A stretch of 64,000 nucleotides of DNA, taken from Chloroflexota bacterium. GTDB taxonomy: Bacteria; Chloroflexota; Limnocylindria; Limnocylindrales; CSP1-4. Position numbers and translations under genes: made by a program. Positions 36,219 to 45,595 of this stretch are shown here, in pieces. Positions within the stretch are counted from its first letter, which is position 1, and each line of letters starts with the position of its first letter. Location of the stretch: assembly GCA_017881915.1 (NCBI GenBank), contig JADGQK010000002.1:18326-82325 (forward strand), given 5' to 3'. The notes beneath the pieces were generated by a model, which worked only from the letters and a program-made list of their open reading frames with translations, did no database searches and had not been told where the DNA came from.

Positions 36219-37303
36219 GCGAGATCAGCCGGGTGGCCGGTCCGGGGCGCGGGCCCCACGGCGTGCCCGCGGCGATCGCCCTCAGCCCGATCCTCTCCGC
36301 CCGCTACCGTTCTCGCGACCTCGAGCGGATCCGGGCCGCGGCGCCCGGCTCGCGCCTGGTGATGATCTCGGTCGAGGGGCTGGCCGATGGCCCGGTCGAC
36401 GAGGCCGAGGTCCTGCTCCGCGGATTCCTGGGCGCGGATGCCTTCGATCGCCTCCTCGCCCGAACGCCGCGGCTGGCCTGGGTCCACTCGGCGACGGCCG
36501 GCGTCGAGCGGGTCCTCACCCCGGCCAGCCTCAAGCGCGACCTGTTGATCACGAACGCCCGGGGAGTCTTCTCGCAGCCGATCGCCGAGTACGTCCTGAT
36601 GATGATCCTGGCTGTGAGCCGTCGCTTGCCCCAGCTTCTCGAGCTGCAAGGCGAGCGGACATGGCAGCCGCTCGAGGGTGCCGAGCTCGGTGACGTGACT
36701 GTTGGGATCGTCGGCCTGGGCTCGATCGGGCGGGCGGTCGCTACGCTGGCGACGGCGTTCGGCAGCCGGGTCATCGCGACCCGGCGGCGGTCGGAGGTCG
36801 GGACCGCGGCCGTTCCGGAGGGGGAAGCGGCCGATGACCACTCCGGTGCGTCCGGCGGCACCTCCGGGGACCTGCTCATCATCGACCGGATCCTTGGTCC
36901 GGACGGCCTGCCCGAGCTGCTGGCCGAGTCCGACTTCGTCGTCCTCGCTGCACCCCTGACCGCCGCTACAGAGGGCCTGATCGACGGCCCGGCGCTCGAA
37001 GCGATGAAGCCAGGCGCGTGGCTGATCAATGTCGCTCGCGGTCGCCTCGTCGACGAGCGAGCCCTCCTGCGGGCCCTCCGCGAAGGCCATATCGGTGGCG
37101 CGGTCCTCGACACATTCCGGGATGAGCCGCTGTCGGCAAGCTCGCCCTTCTACGACCTGGACAACGTGATCGTCACGCCCCATACGTCATGGTCGAGCGG
37201 CCGCGTCCTCGATCGGTCGGTCGAGCTGTTCTGCGAGAACCTGCGTCGCTACGCCGCCGGCCAGCCCCTCCTGAACGTCGTCGACCCGGCGGCTGGCTAC
37301 TGA
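36215..37303 (+). CDS. D-isomer-specific 2-hydroxyacid dehydrogenase family protein (NAD-binding)
   Basis: GIVGLGSIGRAVA (GxGxxG), …NVARG…, …HIGGAVLDTF…TPH catalytic His. Start ambiguous (TTG 36215, GTG 36233 or GTG 36263). Confidence 0.75.
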   Translation: MSEISRVAGPGRGPHGVPAAIALSPILSARYRSRDLERIRAAAPGSRLVMISVEGLADGPVDEAEVLLRGFLGADAFDRLLARTPRLAWVHSATAGVERVLTPASLKRDLLITNARGVFSQPIAEYVLMMILAVSRRLPQLLELQGERTWQPLEGAELGDVTVGIVGLGSIGRAVATLATAFGSRVIATRRRSEVGTAAVPEGEAADDHSGASGGTSGDLLIIDRILGPDGLPELLAESDFVVLAAPLTAATEGLIDGPALEAMKPGAWLINVARGRLVDERALLRALREGHIGGAVLDTFRDEPLSASSPFYDLDNVIVTPHTSWSSGRVLDRSVELFCENLRRYAAGQPLLNVVDPAAGY

Positions 37304-37342
37304 CCCGACGTCGGTCGGCGTGATCGACGACAATCGAACCTG

Positions 37343-38446
37343 ATGCAGATCGCGATCGTCGGGCTTGCCGCCTCCGGCAAGACCACTGTGTTCAACACCC
37401 TGACCCGGGGCCATGCGGAGACCGGCGGATTCGGCGGGATGCAACTGAACGTCGGGGTGGTCAAGGTACCCGACGACCGCCTCGATCGCCTCGCCGCGAT
37501 CTTCAAGCCCCGGAAGATCGTTCACGCCGACGTCACCTACGCCGACCTGCCGGCCCCGCCGGCGTCGTCCGAGGGCCGGGTCGGAACGGAGGAGCTGCCG
37601 GCCGAGCATCTCGCCCGGTTGCGCGACGCGGATGCGCTCCTCCACGTGATCCGGGCGTTCGAAGACCCGTCCGTGCCCCATCCCGAGGGTTCGGTTGATC
37701 CCTGGCGAGACCTCGAGCGACTCGATCTCGAGTTCATCCTGGCCGACTTGACGGTCACCGAGCGGCGTCTCGAGCGACTCCGGGCGACCGGTCGCCATGG
37801 CACCCCAGCCGAGCGCGAGTCGAACGAGCGCGAGGAGGTCATCCTGACCCGGCTCCATGCCGGCCTCGTCAAGGGCGAGCCGATTCGCGACATCGAGCTG
37901 GACGCCGACGAGGAGAAGGCGCTCCGTGGCTTCCGCTTCCTCAGCCAGAAACCGGTCCTCGTCCTGCTCAATGTGGGCGAGGGCGATATCGCCCGCGAGG
38001 CCCAGATCGTCGCCGGTGTAGCCGGTCGCTACGAGCATCGCGGGGCGATCGTGGACGCGCTCTCGGCGCGGATCGAGATGGAACTCGGCGAGCTCGAGCC
38101 GGACGAGGCGCTGGCCTTCATGGAGGAGCTCGGGATCCACGGCTCCAGCCTCGATCGGGTGATCGCCCTGTCCTACCGGTTGCTCGGGCTCGTCAGCTTC
38201 CTGACCGCCGGTCCGGACGAGGTCCGGGCCTGGCCGATCACGGCCGGCTCGACGGCGGTCGATGCAGCGGGAGCGATCCACACCGACCTTGCCCGAGGCT
38301 TCATTCGGGCCGAGACCGTGGCGTACGAGGACCTCGTCGAGCTCGGCTCGATGGCCGAAGCGCGCAAGCACGGCCGGCTGCGCTCCGAAGGCAAGACCTA
38401 CCTCGTCCGCGACGGGGACGTGCTCGAGATCCTGTTCAGCAAGTAG
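37343..38446 (+). CDS. ychF: Ribosome-binding ATPase YchF (Obg-family GTPase) with C-terminal TGS domain
   Basis: G1 GLAASGKTT, …NVGVVKVPDDRL…, C-terminal TGS domain (…GKTYLVRDGDVLEILF). Confidence 0.85.
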   Translation: MQIAIVGLAASGKTTVFNTLTRGHAETGGFGGMQLNVGVVKVPDDRLDRLAAIFKPRKIVHADVTYADLPAPPASSEGRVGTEELPAEHLARLRDADALLHVIRAFEDPSVPHPEGSVDPWRDLERLDLEFILADLTVTERRLERLRATGRHGTPAERESNEREEVILTRLHAGLVKGEPIRDIELDADEEKALRGFRFLSQKPVLVLLNVGEGDIAREAQIVAGVAGRYEHRGAIVDALSARIEMELGELEPDEALAFMEELGIHGSSLDRVIALSYRLLGLVSFLTAGPDEVRAWPITAGSTAVDAAGAIHTDLARGFIRAETVAYEDLVELGSMAEARKHGRLRSEGKTYLVRDGDVLEILFSK

Positions 38447-38781
38447 CCGCTCGTCGCGCGGACGCGGCGCCTCCGGCCCCGGCGTAGGACCACAGGCGTT
38501 CCGGCCTCGATGATCGCCTCAGGAGAACAACGCGATGGAATCGGGGTGGGTCGTGCCCGGTTGGCGCACCCATTGCGGCGATTCGCTCTCCAGTCGCGAA
38601 CGAATCAGTGGAATCGACGATCGCCACCCTCCGTTGTGGCTTCGATTCGGTCGCTTTGATTGCCCCAGGAGATCGGTGAGTTGGGCAAGAGCCCGAACGC
38701 GCCACGGCGCGGCCGCGGCCCGACCGCCGCCCTTGGTGGCGCGTCTCCGCCCCGGTCTGCGCGCTCGACGGCACGCGCCGA

Positions 38782-39183
38782 TCAGTTCAGCGACGGATCC
38801 CGGTTCGGGCGGAGCTCGGCGATCACCGCCCGGTAGTCGGGCAGGTCGTCCTCGTCGATATCGTTCTCGTCGATATCCTCGTCGCCCCAGTCGGGACCCT
38901 GCTCGGCGGCTTCGAGCACGCTCAGTTGGGTATCGTCCTCGTTCGTTGTCACGAGGACCGACGCGGTCAGGCGATCGTCGCTGACCGGCGTGAAGCCCTG
39001 CTCCTCCTCGAGGACCCGGGCGACCGCCTCGATCAACGTATCCTCGTCGTAGGAATCGCGGACCTTCCGGCTGGCCGCCTTGACCAGCTCGAGGAACTCG
39101 TCCGGTTCGAAGCGCTCTTCGTGGACGAGGATCAGGTCGGAGAAGATGTCGCCTTCGGCCTCATGGAGCTCGTAGAAGTACAT
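38782..39183 (-). CDS. Highly acidic hypothetical protein
   Basis: ATG at 39181-39183 (MYFYELHEAEG…). C-terminal D/E-rich tail. GC3-biased. Confidence 0.5.
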   Translation of the reverse strand: MYFYELHEAEGDIFSDLILVHEERFEPDEFLELVKAASRKVRDSYDEDTLIEAVARVLEEEQGFTPVSDDRLTASVLVTTNEDDTQLSVLEAAEQGPDWGDEDIDENDIDEDDLPDYRAVIAELRPNRDPSLN

Positions 39184-40123
39184 GCCGTCACGATACCCCG
39201 AGCGCGACGAGTTCGACGTCGTCCACGTCGGCAGCGCCTGCCGCGACATCGACCCGGCCGATCCGCGCGGCTGGCGGCTGGGCGGGGGAGTGGCCTACGC
39301 GGCGCTGACGACGGCCCGGCTCGGCCTGCGTTCGGCGGCGGTGGTCGGTGCCGACGCGATCGCGGCGGGTGCCGCCGAGCTCGATCTTCTGCGTGCGGCC
39401 GGCGTGACCGTGCGGGTCGTGCCCCTGGTCCAAGGGCCCGTGTTCAAGAACGTCGAGACGCCCGGCGGCCGGGTCCAGACCTGTGTCGAGCCCGGCGATC
39501 CGTTGCCGGTCGTGGCCGTGCCCGAGTCGTGGGTGGCCGCGCCGACCTGGCTCGTGGTGCCGGTGGCCGGCGAGACGGGACCCGGCTGGGCCGCCGCCGT
39601 CCCCCCTGGCGCCCGGCTGGCTCTTGGCTGGCAGGGTCTGCTCCGCGTCCTTGTGGCCGGCGAGCGCGTCCGACGCCGGCCCCCGATCTCCACGGCGCTC
39701 GTCGCACGGGCTGATCTGGTGGGCGTCAGCCGGCACGACCTCGAACCCGGCACCCGCGTCGAGGCACTGGTCTTCCTGTTGCGCCCGGATGCGCGGCTCG
39801 TCGTCACCGAGGGTCGAGCTGGCGGCATCGTGGTCGAGCGTGACGGTGGAGGCGGCAAGCGCGTGGAGCGATACACGGCCATCAAGGCTGCCGAAGTCGA
39901 TTCGACCGGCGCCGGCGACGTGTTTCTGGCCGCCTTGTCCGGCGCAATGTCGGGGCGCGGGACCGGCCCGGTCGACGCCGGCGACCTTCGGTGGGCAGCG
40001 GCAGCAGCGGCCCTGGTGGTCGAGGGGGTTGGCCTGGATGCGGTTCCCGACCGAGCCACGGTGTCGACACGTCTCGTGCGGGAGACAGCGTCGCGACCAG
40101 GTCCGGTCAGCCCAGCGCAGTGA
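39182..40123 (+). CDS. PfkB-family carbohydrate/ribokinase-like kinase
   Basis: C-terminal DSTGAGDVFLAA anion-hole motif plus an N-terminal GG motif. Diverges from the acidic protein gene with a 2-bp overlap (CATG). Confidence 0.7.
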   Translation: MPSRYPERDEFDVVHVGSACRDIDPADPRGWRLGGGVAYAALTTARLGLRSAAVVGADAIAAGAAELDLLRAAGVTVRVVPLVQGPVFKNVETPGGRVQTCVEPGDPLPVVAVPESWVAAPTWLVVPVAGETGPGWAAAVPPGARLALGWQGLLRVLVAGERVRRRPPISTALVARADLVGVSRHDLEPGTRVEALVFLLRPDARLVVTEGRAGGIVVERDGGGGKRVERYTAIKAAEVDSTGAGDVFLAALSGAMSGRGTGPVDAGDLRWAAAAAALVVEGVGLDAVPDRATVSTRLVRETASRPGPVSPAQ

Positions 40124-40595
40124 CCATGATCTGGATCGTCAGGTATCGGTCGTCGCGGAGCGGGTGGCGCTCGCCGTTATCGGTGAACCCGAGACGCTCG
40201 TAAAGCGCGATGGCGGGTGCATTGCCTGTCGTGACGCCGAGGCCCAGCATCGGATAGCCGGCCCCCAAGGCCCACGCCTTGACGGCCTCGATGAGGGCGC
40301 TGCCCAAGCCCTGCCGGCGTGCCTGTGGATCGACCCACATCGAGAAGAGCGCGGCGGAATTCGGGGAGTCCGGTGCTGGCCCGCCGATCGCGAGCCCGAT
40401 GAACTCCTCCGGCCCGTCGACGACGAAGACCGCACGGCCCGGTCGATCCGCACGGTCCTGCCAGTCCGAGTCGCTGAGCCCTGCTTCGCCGGCGTAGGTC
40501 GCGCCGAAGGCGTCGGGCGCGTCGCGCAGCGCACGCAGCCGAATCGCACGGTACGCGACCCATTCCTCGGGTTTGAGTCGACGGACCGGCATCAA
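40107..40595 (-). CDS. GNAT-family N-acetyltransferase
   Basis: …RRQGLGSALIEAV… acetyl-CoA-binding motif A. 162 aa. Confidence 0.8.
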   Translation of the reverse strand: MMPVRRLKPEEWVAYRAIRLRALRDAPDAFGATYAGEAGLSDSDWQDRADRPGRAVFVVDGPEEFIGLAIGGPAPDSPNSAALFSMWVDPQARRQGLGSALIEAVKAWALGAGYPMLGLGVTTGNAPAIALYERLGFTDNGERHPLRDDRYLTIQIMVTALG

Positions 40596-41104
40596 CCGAG
40601 GCGCTTCAGCATCGAAACGTCTGTCTCCCGGTAACCGGCGGATCGATACAGCCTCCGAGCAACCTCGTTGTCACCGAAGACGTGGAGCCGGATCGAGTCA
40701 TAGCCGAGAGCGCGGGCAACCTGTTCGATCGCCTCGAGGGCGGCGCGGGCGTAGCCCCGACCCCGAAACTCGGCGTCGATCCCGATATCCCAGATGAACA
40801 GCGATCCCTGGCCGATTGCCTCGTCAGGGCCCAACCACAAGGCGCCCACGGTCTCGCCAGCCTCGCTCACGATCGATCGAAAGTCGTGACCGGGGGTCGA
40901 CCGCCCATCCGGCACGAGCTTGGCGAACTCGTCGCGCGCCTTTGCCTCGGCGCCGTCGGCGGGCCAGGCACCGATCCGGATCTTGTCCTCGGCGTACGTC
41001 CTCAACGCCAGGCCGAGCCATGTCGCCCACGCTGGGGCGGTCATCGGCGCAAGGCTCACCCTGACCTGGCGCTTGATCTCCCGGCGCGCATCGGCAGGAT
41101 CCAT
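40592..41104 (-). CDS. GNAT-family N-acetyltransferase (second, tandem)
   Basis: ATG at 41102-41104 (MDPADARREI…). …FRGRGYARAALEAIE… motif A. The upstream ORF extension to 41587 is rejected. Confidence 0.75.
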   Translation of the reverse strand: MDPADARREIKRQVRVSLAPMTAPAWATWLGLALRTYAEDKIRIGAWPADGAEAKARDEFAKLVPDGRSTPGHDFRSIVSEAGETVGALWLGPDEAIGQGSLFIWDIGIDAEFRGRGYARAALEAIEQVARALGYDSIRLHVFGDNEVARRLYRSAGYRETDVSMLKRLG

Positions 41105-41106
41105 CC

Positions 41107-42483
41107 TCAGAGTGTGCCACTCGCCGGCGCGGCGGCGGAGCCCGGTCGGCGGATCACCCGATGCCGGACGCGTCGGCTCAGCCGGAGGCGCCGACGGCCG
41201 AGATCCGCCTCGACCGCTCGGAGTGGCCGTCCGAGTAACCGTGAGTGCTGGGCGAGGCGGTCGGCCGCCGCGCATGCGCCCAGCGCGCCGGCGGGATCCT
41301 GCTCGCGGTGTTCGAGGCACTTGGCAACCTCGATCCACGCGAGCGCCGCGTCGGGACCACCGGCATGGGCCACGTCGCGCCACGCCTCGAGCGCCTCGCG
41401 GTGACGCCCGAGGCGCCTGAGCAGGCGTGCCCGCTCGACGATCATCTCGAGGCGTGCGGGGCTGGCCACATCCGGACCTGTCGTGTCGGCGCGCTGGGTG
41501 AGGATCGTCGACCACGATGGTCGCGTGGAGCCGGACGCATAGCCTGCGGCCGGACGGGGTGGGCCTTCGAGCGCGGCGTCCAGGCAATCGAGCGCGTCGT
41601 TGTCGCGCCGGGTGCGACGGTAGGCGCGGGCGAGCCCGAACAGGTCGCCGGCCGGCGCCGATCGCCGATCCGCGGCAGCGCCGAGATGGCGTTCCGAGTG
41701 GGCCATCAGGCGGGCGAGCGATCGGACGTCCTCGTGGTTGTGGCGGACGACCTCGGCGATCGGTTCGACGGGACCGCCCCGGAGCATCTCGAGGTAGCGG
41801 CCCGGGATTTCCCAGCCTTCGATGTCATGGCCGCGGCGCTCGCCGAGCAACTCCGCTTCGACCGTCTTGAGCCGCGCATCGCTCATCCGGTGGCGGAAGA
41901 CGCGTCGAACGAAGGGGAGCAGGTCGAGATGGCCGGCCAGTACCGGTGGCATGCGTCGATTCAACCGGAACCGGGTGACGAGCAGGGGCCAGTCGAAGCT
42001 GCGGCCGTTGTAGGTGACGAGCCAGCCGTTTGACGGCAGCAGGGCCGCCAGGGCTTCGAGGAAGCCGGCCTCACCGGCCTGGTCCGGGAGCAGGAGCTGG
42101 ACCTGGCGGAACGCATCCCCGTCCCACCAGCCGAGGCCGACGAGGAAGGCCAGGGTGCCGGCCCCGGTGGCCAGCCCGGTGGTCTCGGTGTCGAGGCAGA
42201 TCAGGGGGACCTCGGGCCCGGGATGATCCGGCAGGCCGGCGCTGCGATCACGATCGATCGGCAGCGCGATCGAGGCCGGCTCGATCCGGACGTGGCCTCC
42301 ACCGACACCGCGGACCCACGTCCCACCGAGTACCCGGGCGAGTCGTTCCGCGCGAGCCTCGGCCGAGCGTGCCAGCGCCGCCCATGGCGGTTCGAGGTCC
42401 AGATCCGCCGGTGGGCGGGACCCCGTGTCGCGGCCCAGGCGGAGACGATTGAGGCGGCGTTCGAGGATTGCCGTGTCGTTCAA
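41107..42483 (-). CDS. mrfB: MrfB/YprB-like RNase-H-fold 3'-5' exonuclease with C-terminal TPR-like region
   Basis: …LICLDTETTGL…GTLAFLVGLGW…TYNGRSFDWPLL… DEDD-like exonuclease core. Helical repeat tail. Confidence 0.7.
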   Translation of the reverse strand: MNDTAILERRLNRLRLGRDTGSRPPADLDLEPPWAALARSAEARAERLARVLGGTWVRGVGGGHVRIEPASIALPIDRDRSAGLPDHPGPEVPLICLDTETTGLATGAGTLAFLVGLGWWDGDAFRQVQLLLPDQAGEAGFLEALAALLPSNGWLVTYNGRSFDWPLLVTRFRLNRRMPPVLAGHLDLLPFVRRVFRHRMSDARLKTVEAELLGERRGHDIEGWEIPGRYLEMLRGGPVEPIAEVVRHNHEDVRSLARLMAHSERHLGAAADRRSAPAGDLFGLARAYRRTRRDNDALDCLDAALEGPPRPAAGYASGSTRPSWSTILTQRADTTGPDVASPARLEMIVERARLLRRLGRHREALEAWRDVAHAGGPDAALAWIEVAKCLEHREQDPAGALGACAAADRLAQHSRLLGRPLRAVEADLGRRRLRLSRRVRHRVIRRPGSAAAPASGTL

Positions 42484-42532
42484 CGGTCAGCCGGCCCGTC
42501 GATCGAGCGATCCACTGGTCGTGGCCACGCCA

Positions 42533-44851
42533 TCAGGCGGCCCTGGCCGGAATCGAGGCGCCCAGCGTCGCGAGGAGACGGAGGGCGAGCGCCCGGGCGT
42601 CGATCCCCGGTTCGAGACGGGGACCGGTGCAGCTTGGGCAGCCGCCGTCGCAGGCACAGCCCGCGATGAGCTCCGCGGCTCCGGCGATCAACTCATCGGT
42701 TCGCTCGAAGATTCGCTCGGCCAGGCCCACTCCGCCGGGGACGGTCTCGTACAGGTAGATCGTGGGTGCTTCGTGATGGGGCGAGCGGACCTGGCTGACC
42801 AGGCCGAGGTCGGCCGGTGCAACCATGAGCAGGAAGCTGGCGACTGCCTGGAGGGCTCGCCCGGCGCCGACCAGGGCGACATCAAGCTCGTCCCTTCGCC
42901 AGGCTCCGCCGGGCCCGGTCGTCACGGCTGCCGGGTCGACGGTCAGCCAGGCGGCGGTGGTCTGGAGCTCGATCTCGGGCAGGTGGATCCGGCCCCAGCC
43001 GAGGTTCTCGTTGGTGATGAACTTCAGCTTCTTATAGATCGTGGCCAGGCTGGCGACCATCACCTCGCCGTGCTCCCGCGCCCCGCCGGGCAGGGGCGCC
43101 GAGCCGAACACGTCGAGCGGCTTGAGGGTCACGGCCACGTCGGCCTGGGTGTAGTGGTCCACGTCGACCCGCCGGACGTAGGCCTTGCGTTCGTCCCAAT
43201 CGAGCCGGTCGACATGGAACTGGGCGGATTCGTGGAGATAGATGGCGTCCTCGTGGACGGCGGTCTGGGCTCCGAACAGGTCGATCTCACCGATCACCCG
43301 GGGCCGATCCGGCGTCGTATCGATGATCACCACGTTCTCGCTGGCGGCCGTTCGGAGCGAGATCGCCGATGCCGGGAAGTTCTCGCTCGACCAGTACCAG
43401 CGCCCATCGCCCGCCTGCCGGACGTGGTGGTCTTCGGCCAGGAAGGCGAGCAGGTCGTCCGCCGGTCCAGGGCCGAACGGCTCGCCGGGCTCGAAGGGGA
43501 GCTCGAACGTGGCGGCCTTCAGGTGGGCCAGCAGGATGTGCAGGTTGTCCGGGTCGAGGCGGGCCTCCTCCGGTGCGCCGTTCAACAGGTAATCCGGGTG
43601 GTGGATCACGTATTGGTCGACGGGCGAGCCGCTGGCGATCACGACGGCGACGCTCACCCCGCTCCGCCGGCCGGCCCGGCCGATCTGCTGCCACGTTCCG
43701 GCGATCGACCCGGGGTAGCCGGCGATGATGGCCGCATCGAGGCGGCCGATGTCCACGCCGAGCTCAAGGGCGTTCGTGCTGACGACGCCGAGCACCTCGC
43801 CGCTGCGCAGGCCCTGCTCGATCGAGCGACGTTCGGTGGGTAGGTAGCCACCGCGATAGCCACGCACGCGTGAGCGTGGTCCGGCATGCTCGCGGAGCGC
43901 CTCACGCAGGCCGCTGAGGAGCAACTCGACCGCCGTCCGCGAGCGGCCGAAGACGATCGTCTGGCGACCGGCCCGCAGGAATGGCAGGGCCCACCGATTG
44001 GCCAGGGTCAGGGCCGAGCCACGCGCGCCACTGGCGGCGTCCAGGAGCGGCGGGTCGACCAGCAGGAGATGGCGCTCGCCGGTCGGCGCGCCGTTCCGGT
44101 CGATGAGCTGGGGCGTCCGGCCGGTCAGGGTGCTGGCAAGCTCGAGCGGGTTGCCGATGGTTGCGGAGCAGCACACGATCACCGGTTTTGAGCCGTAGTG
44201 GGCGCACAACCGCAAGAGGCGCCGCAGGACGTTGGCAACGTGGCTGCCGAAGACGCCCCGGTAGGTGTGGAGTTCGTCGATCACGATCACCTGGAGCTGT
44301 TCGAAGAGCTGGAACCATTTCGTGTGATGGGGGAGGATCGCCGCGTGGAGCATGTCCGGGTTGGTCACGATCACCTGGCCGGCTATCCGGATCGCCGCGC
44401 GGATCGGCGCCGGCGTATCGCCGTCGTACGTGGCGGCGGCCACATCGAGCCCCGAGAGCTGGGCGAGCGCGCCGAACTCGGCAACCTGGTCCTGGCCGAG
44501 GGCCTTGGTGGGAAACAGGAAGAGGGCCCGGGCGGACCGATCGGAGGCGAGCGCCTGCAGGACCGGGAGCGTGTAGCACAAGGACTTGCCCGACGCGGTT
44601 GGGGTCACGACGACCACGTCCCGGCCGGCATGGACCGCCTCGATCGCCTCCGCCTGGTGGATGTACAGCTCGGTGATCCCGCGGCGCTCGAGGCCCGCGT
44701 TGATTCGTGGGTCGAGCCAGGCCGGCAGAGGCGCGGTCCGGGCGGCGCGGGCCGGGATCAGCTGATGGTGGACCACGCCGCGGGCGATCGACGGCTCGGC
44801 CAGCAGGTCGTCGAGGACCGCGTCCACGGTGGCCGGTGCATAGGTTCGCAT
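42533..44851 (-). CDS. mrfA: MrfA-like DEXH-box helicase with C-terminal DUF1998 4-Cys zinc domain
   Basis: Motif I TPTASGKS, II VIDELH, VI QQIGRAGRR. DUF1998 with CACDGGCPSC. Confidence 0.8.
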   Translation of the reverse strand: MRTYAPATVDAVLDDLLAEPSIARGVVHHQLIPARAARTAPLPAWLDPRINAGLERRGITELYIHQAEAIEAVHAGRDVVVVTPTASGKSLCYTLPVLQALASDRSARALFLFPTKALGQDQVAEFGALAQLSGLDVAAATYDGDTPAPIRAAIRIAGQVIVTNPDMLHAAILPHHTKWFQLFEQLQVIVIDELHTYRGVFGSHVANVLRRLLRLCAHYGSKPVIVCCSATIGNPLELASTLTGRTPQLIDRNGAPTGERHLLLVDPPLLDAASGARGSALTLANRWALPFLRAGRQTIVFGRSRTAVELLLSGLREALREHAGPRSRVRGYRGGYLPTERRSIEQGLRSGEVLGVVSTNALELGVDIGRLDAAIIAGYPGSIAGTWQQIGRAGRRSGVSVAVVIASGSPVDQYVIHHPDYLLNGAPEEARLDPDNLHILLAHLKAATFELPFEPGEPFGPGPADDLLAFLAEDHHVRQAGDGRWYWSSENFPASAISLRTAASENVVIIDTTPDRPRVIGEIDLFGAQTAVHEDAIYLHESAQFHVDRLDWDERKAYVRRVDVDHYTQADVAVTLKPLDVFGSAPLPGGAREHGEVMVASLATIYKKLKFITNENLGWGRIHLPEIELQTTAAWLTVDPAAVTTGPGGAWRRDELDVALVGAGRALQAVASFLLMVAPADLGLVSQVRSPHHEAPTIYLYETVPGGVGLAERIFERTDELIAGAAELIAGCACDGGCPSCTGPRLEPGIDARALALRLLATLGASIPARAA

Positions 44852-44888
44852 CGGATCTCCAAATGGAACGGACGTACGAAACTGGTGG

Positions 44889-44900
44889 GAGTCTAGCAGG
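44889..44900 (-). promoter_or_regulatory. Third exact copy of CCTGCTAGACTC (minus strand), 38 nt upstream of the mrfA ATG, followed by a GGAG RBS
   Basis: Reverse complement of plus-strand GAGTCTAGCAGG. Confidence 0.45.
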
Positions 44901-44993
44901 CACGATGACGCACCTCGATGTCAGCTTGCCTGTCACGGACGAGGCCCCGGACGGTTTGACATGTCAGCTGCCGGTAGCTACGCTGCGCGGGCA

Positions 44994-45503
44994 ATGACCG
45001 GCCGCCAGGATGACCAGCGCGAGTCCCTCGACGATCCGCTCGGCGCTCCTGCCGACGAGCTCGAAACGGGCCAGGGGATCCTTGCCCGCGGGCGCGACCT
45101 GGCCGGCCTCTCGGTGGCCGGGATTACCCGCCGACGGATTGCGATCCTGATGGCCGCCCTGCTGTCGGCCTGGATCGTGCTTGCCCTGTCGCGCCAGGTG
45201 GGCGAGGCGGCCGACGCCACCAACCGGGCGAACGAGCTGAGCCGGGACAACCAGGCGCTCAGCGCTCAGATCCAGACCCTGACCCAGGAGCGAACCCTGA
45301 TCCAGGAGCAGGCCTATGTCGAGCTGGCGGCCCGCGCCCACGGCCTGGGCGGTCACCAGGAGCACCCCTTCAGCCTCGCCGCTGATGCGCCGGCCTTGCC
45401 GCCCGACGCCCCCGGCAGCGCGGCGGGCGCTCTCGGCGCCACGGCCGCCCGGAGCGCGCCGATCGACGCCTGGCTCGACCTCCTGTTCGGGGCCGGCCAC
45501 TAG
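44994..45503 (+). CDS. FtsB/DivIC-like septum-formation-initiator protein (TM helix plus coiled coil)
   Basis: TM IAILMAALLSAWIVLAL, then a heptad-like coil NELSRDNQALSAQIQTLTQERTLIQEQAYVE. Start ambiguous (44961 or 44994). Confidence 0.5.
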   Translation: MTGRQDDQRESLDDPLGAPADELETGQGILARGRDLAGLSVAGITRRRIAILMAALLSAWIVLALSRQVGEAADATNRANELSRDNQALSAQIQTLTQERTLIQEQAYVELAARAHGLGGHQEHPFSLAADAPALPPDAPGSAAGALGATAARSAPIDAWLDLLFGAGH

Positions 45504-45595
45504 CCTGGCTCAAGGAGGGTTCGCCGGCGAGCCCCGCCAGCTGAAGGCGCGGACTCGACGAGACCGAGCCCCGGCTCCGGCGCCTTACCGGCGGG

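Noticed and set aside
38535-38984. 149-aa plus-strand ORF in the ychF-downstream gap
   Set aside because: Arg/Pro-rich low-complexity product that runs antisense into the acidic-protein gene. More likely non-coding; see the sRNA candidate.
42533-44851. Possible DISARM-like defence module (helicase+DUF1998 resembles a DrmA/DrmB fusion)
   Set aside because: No methyltransferase or phospholipase D partners nearby. The downstream partner is a YprB-type exonuclease, the hallmark of the MrfAB DNA-repair pair.
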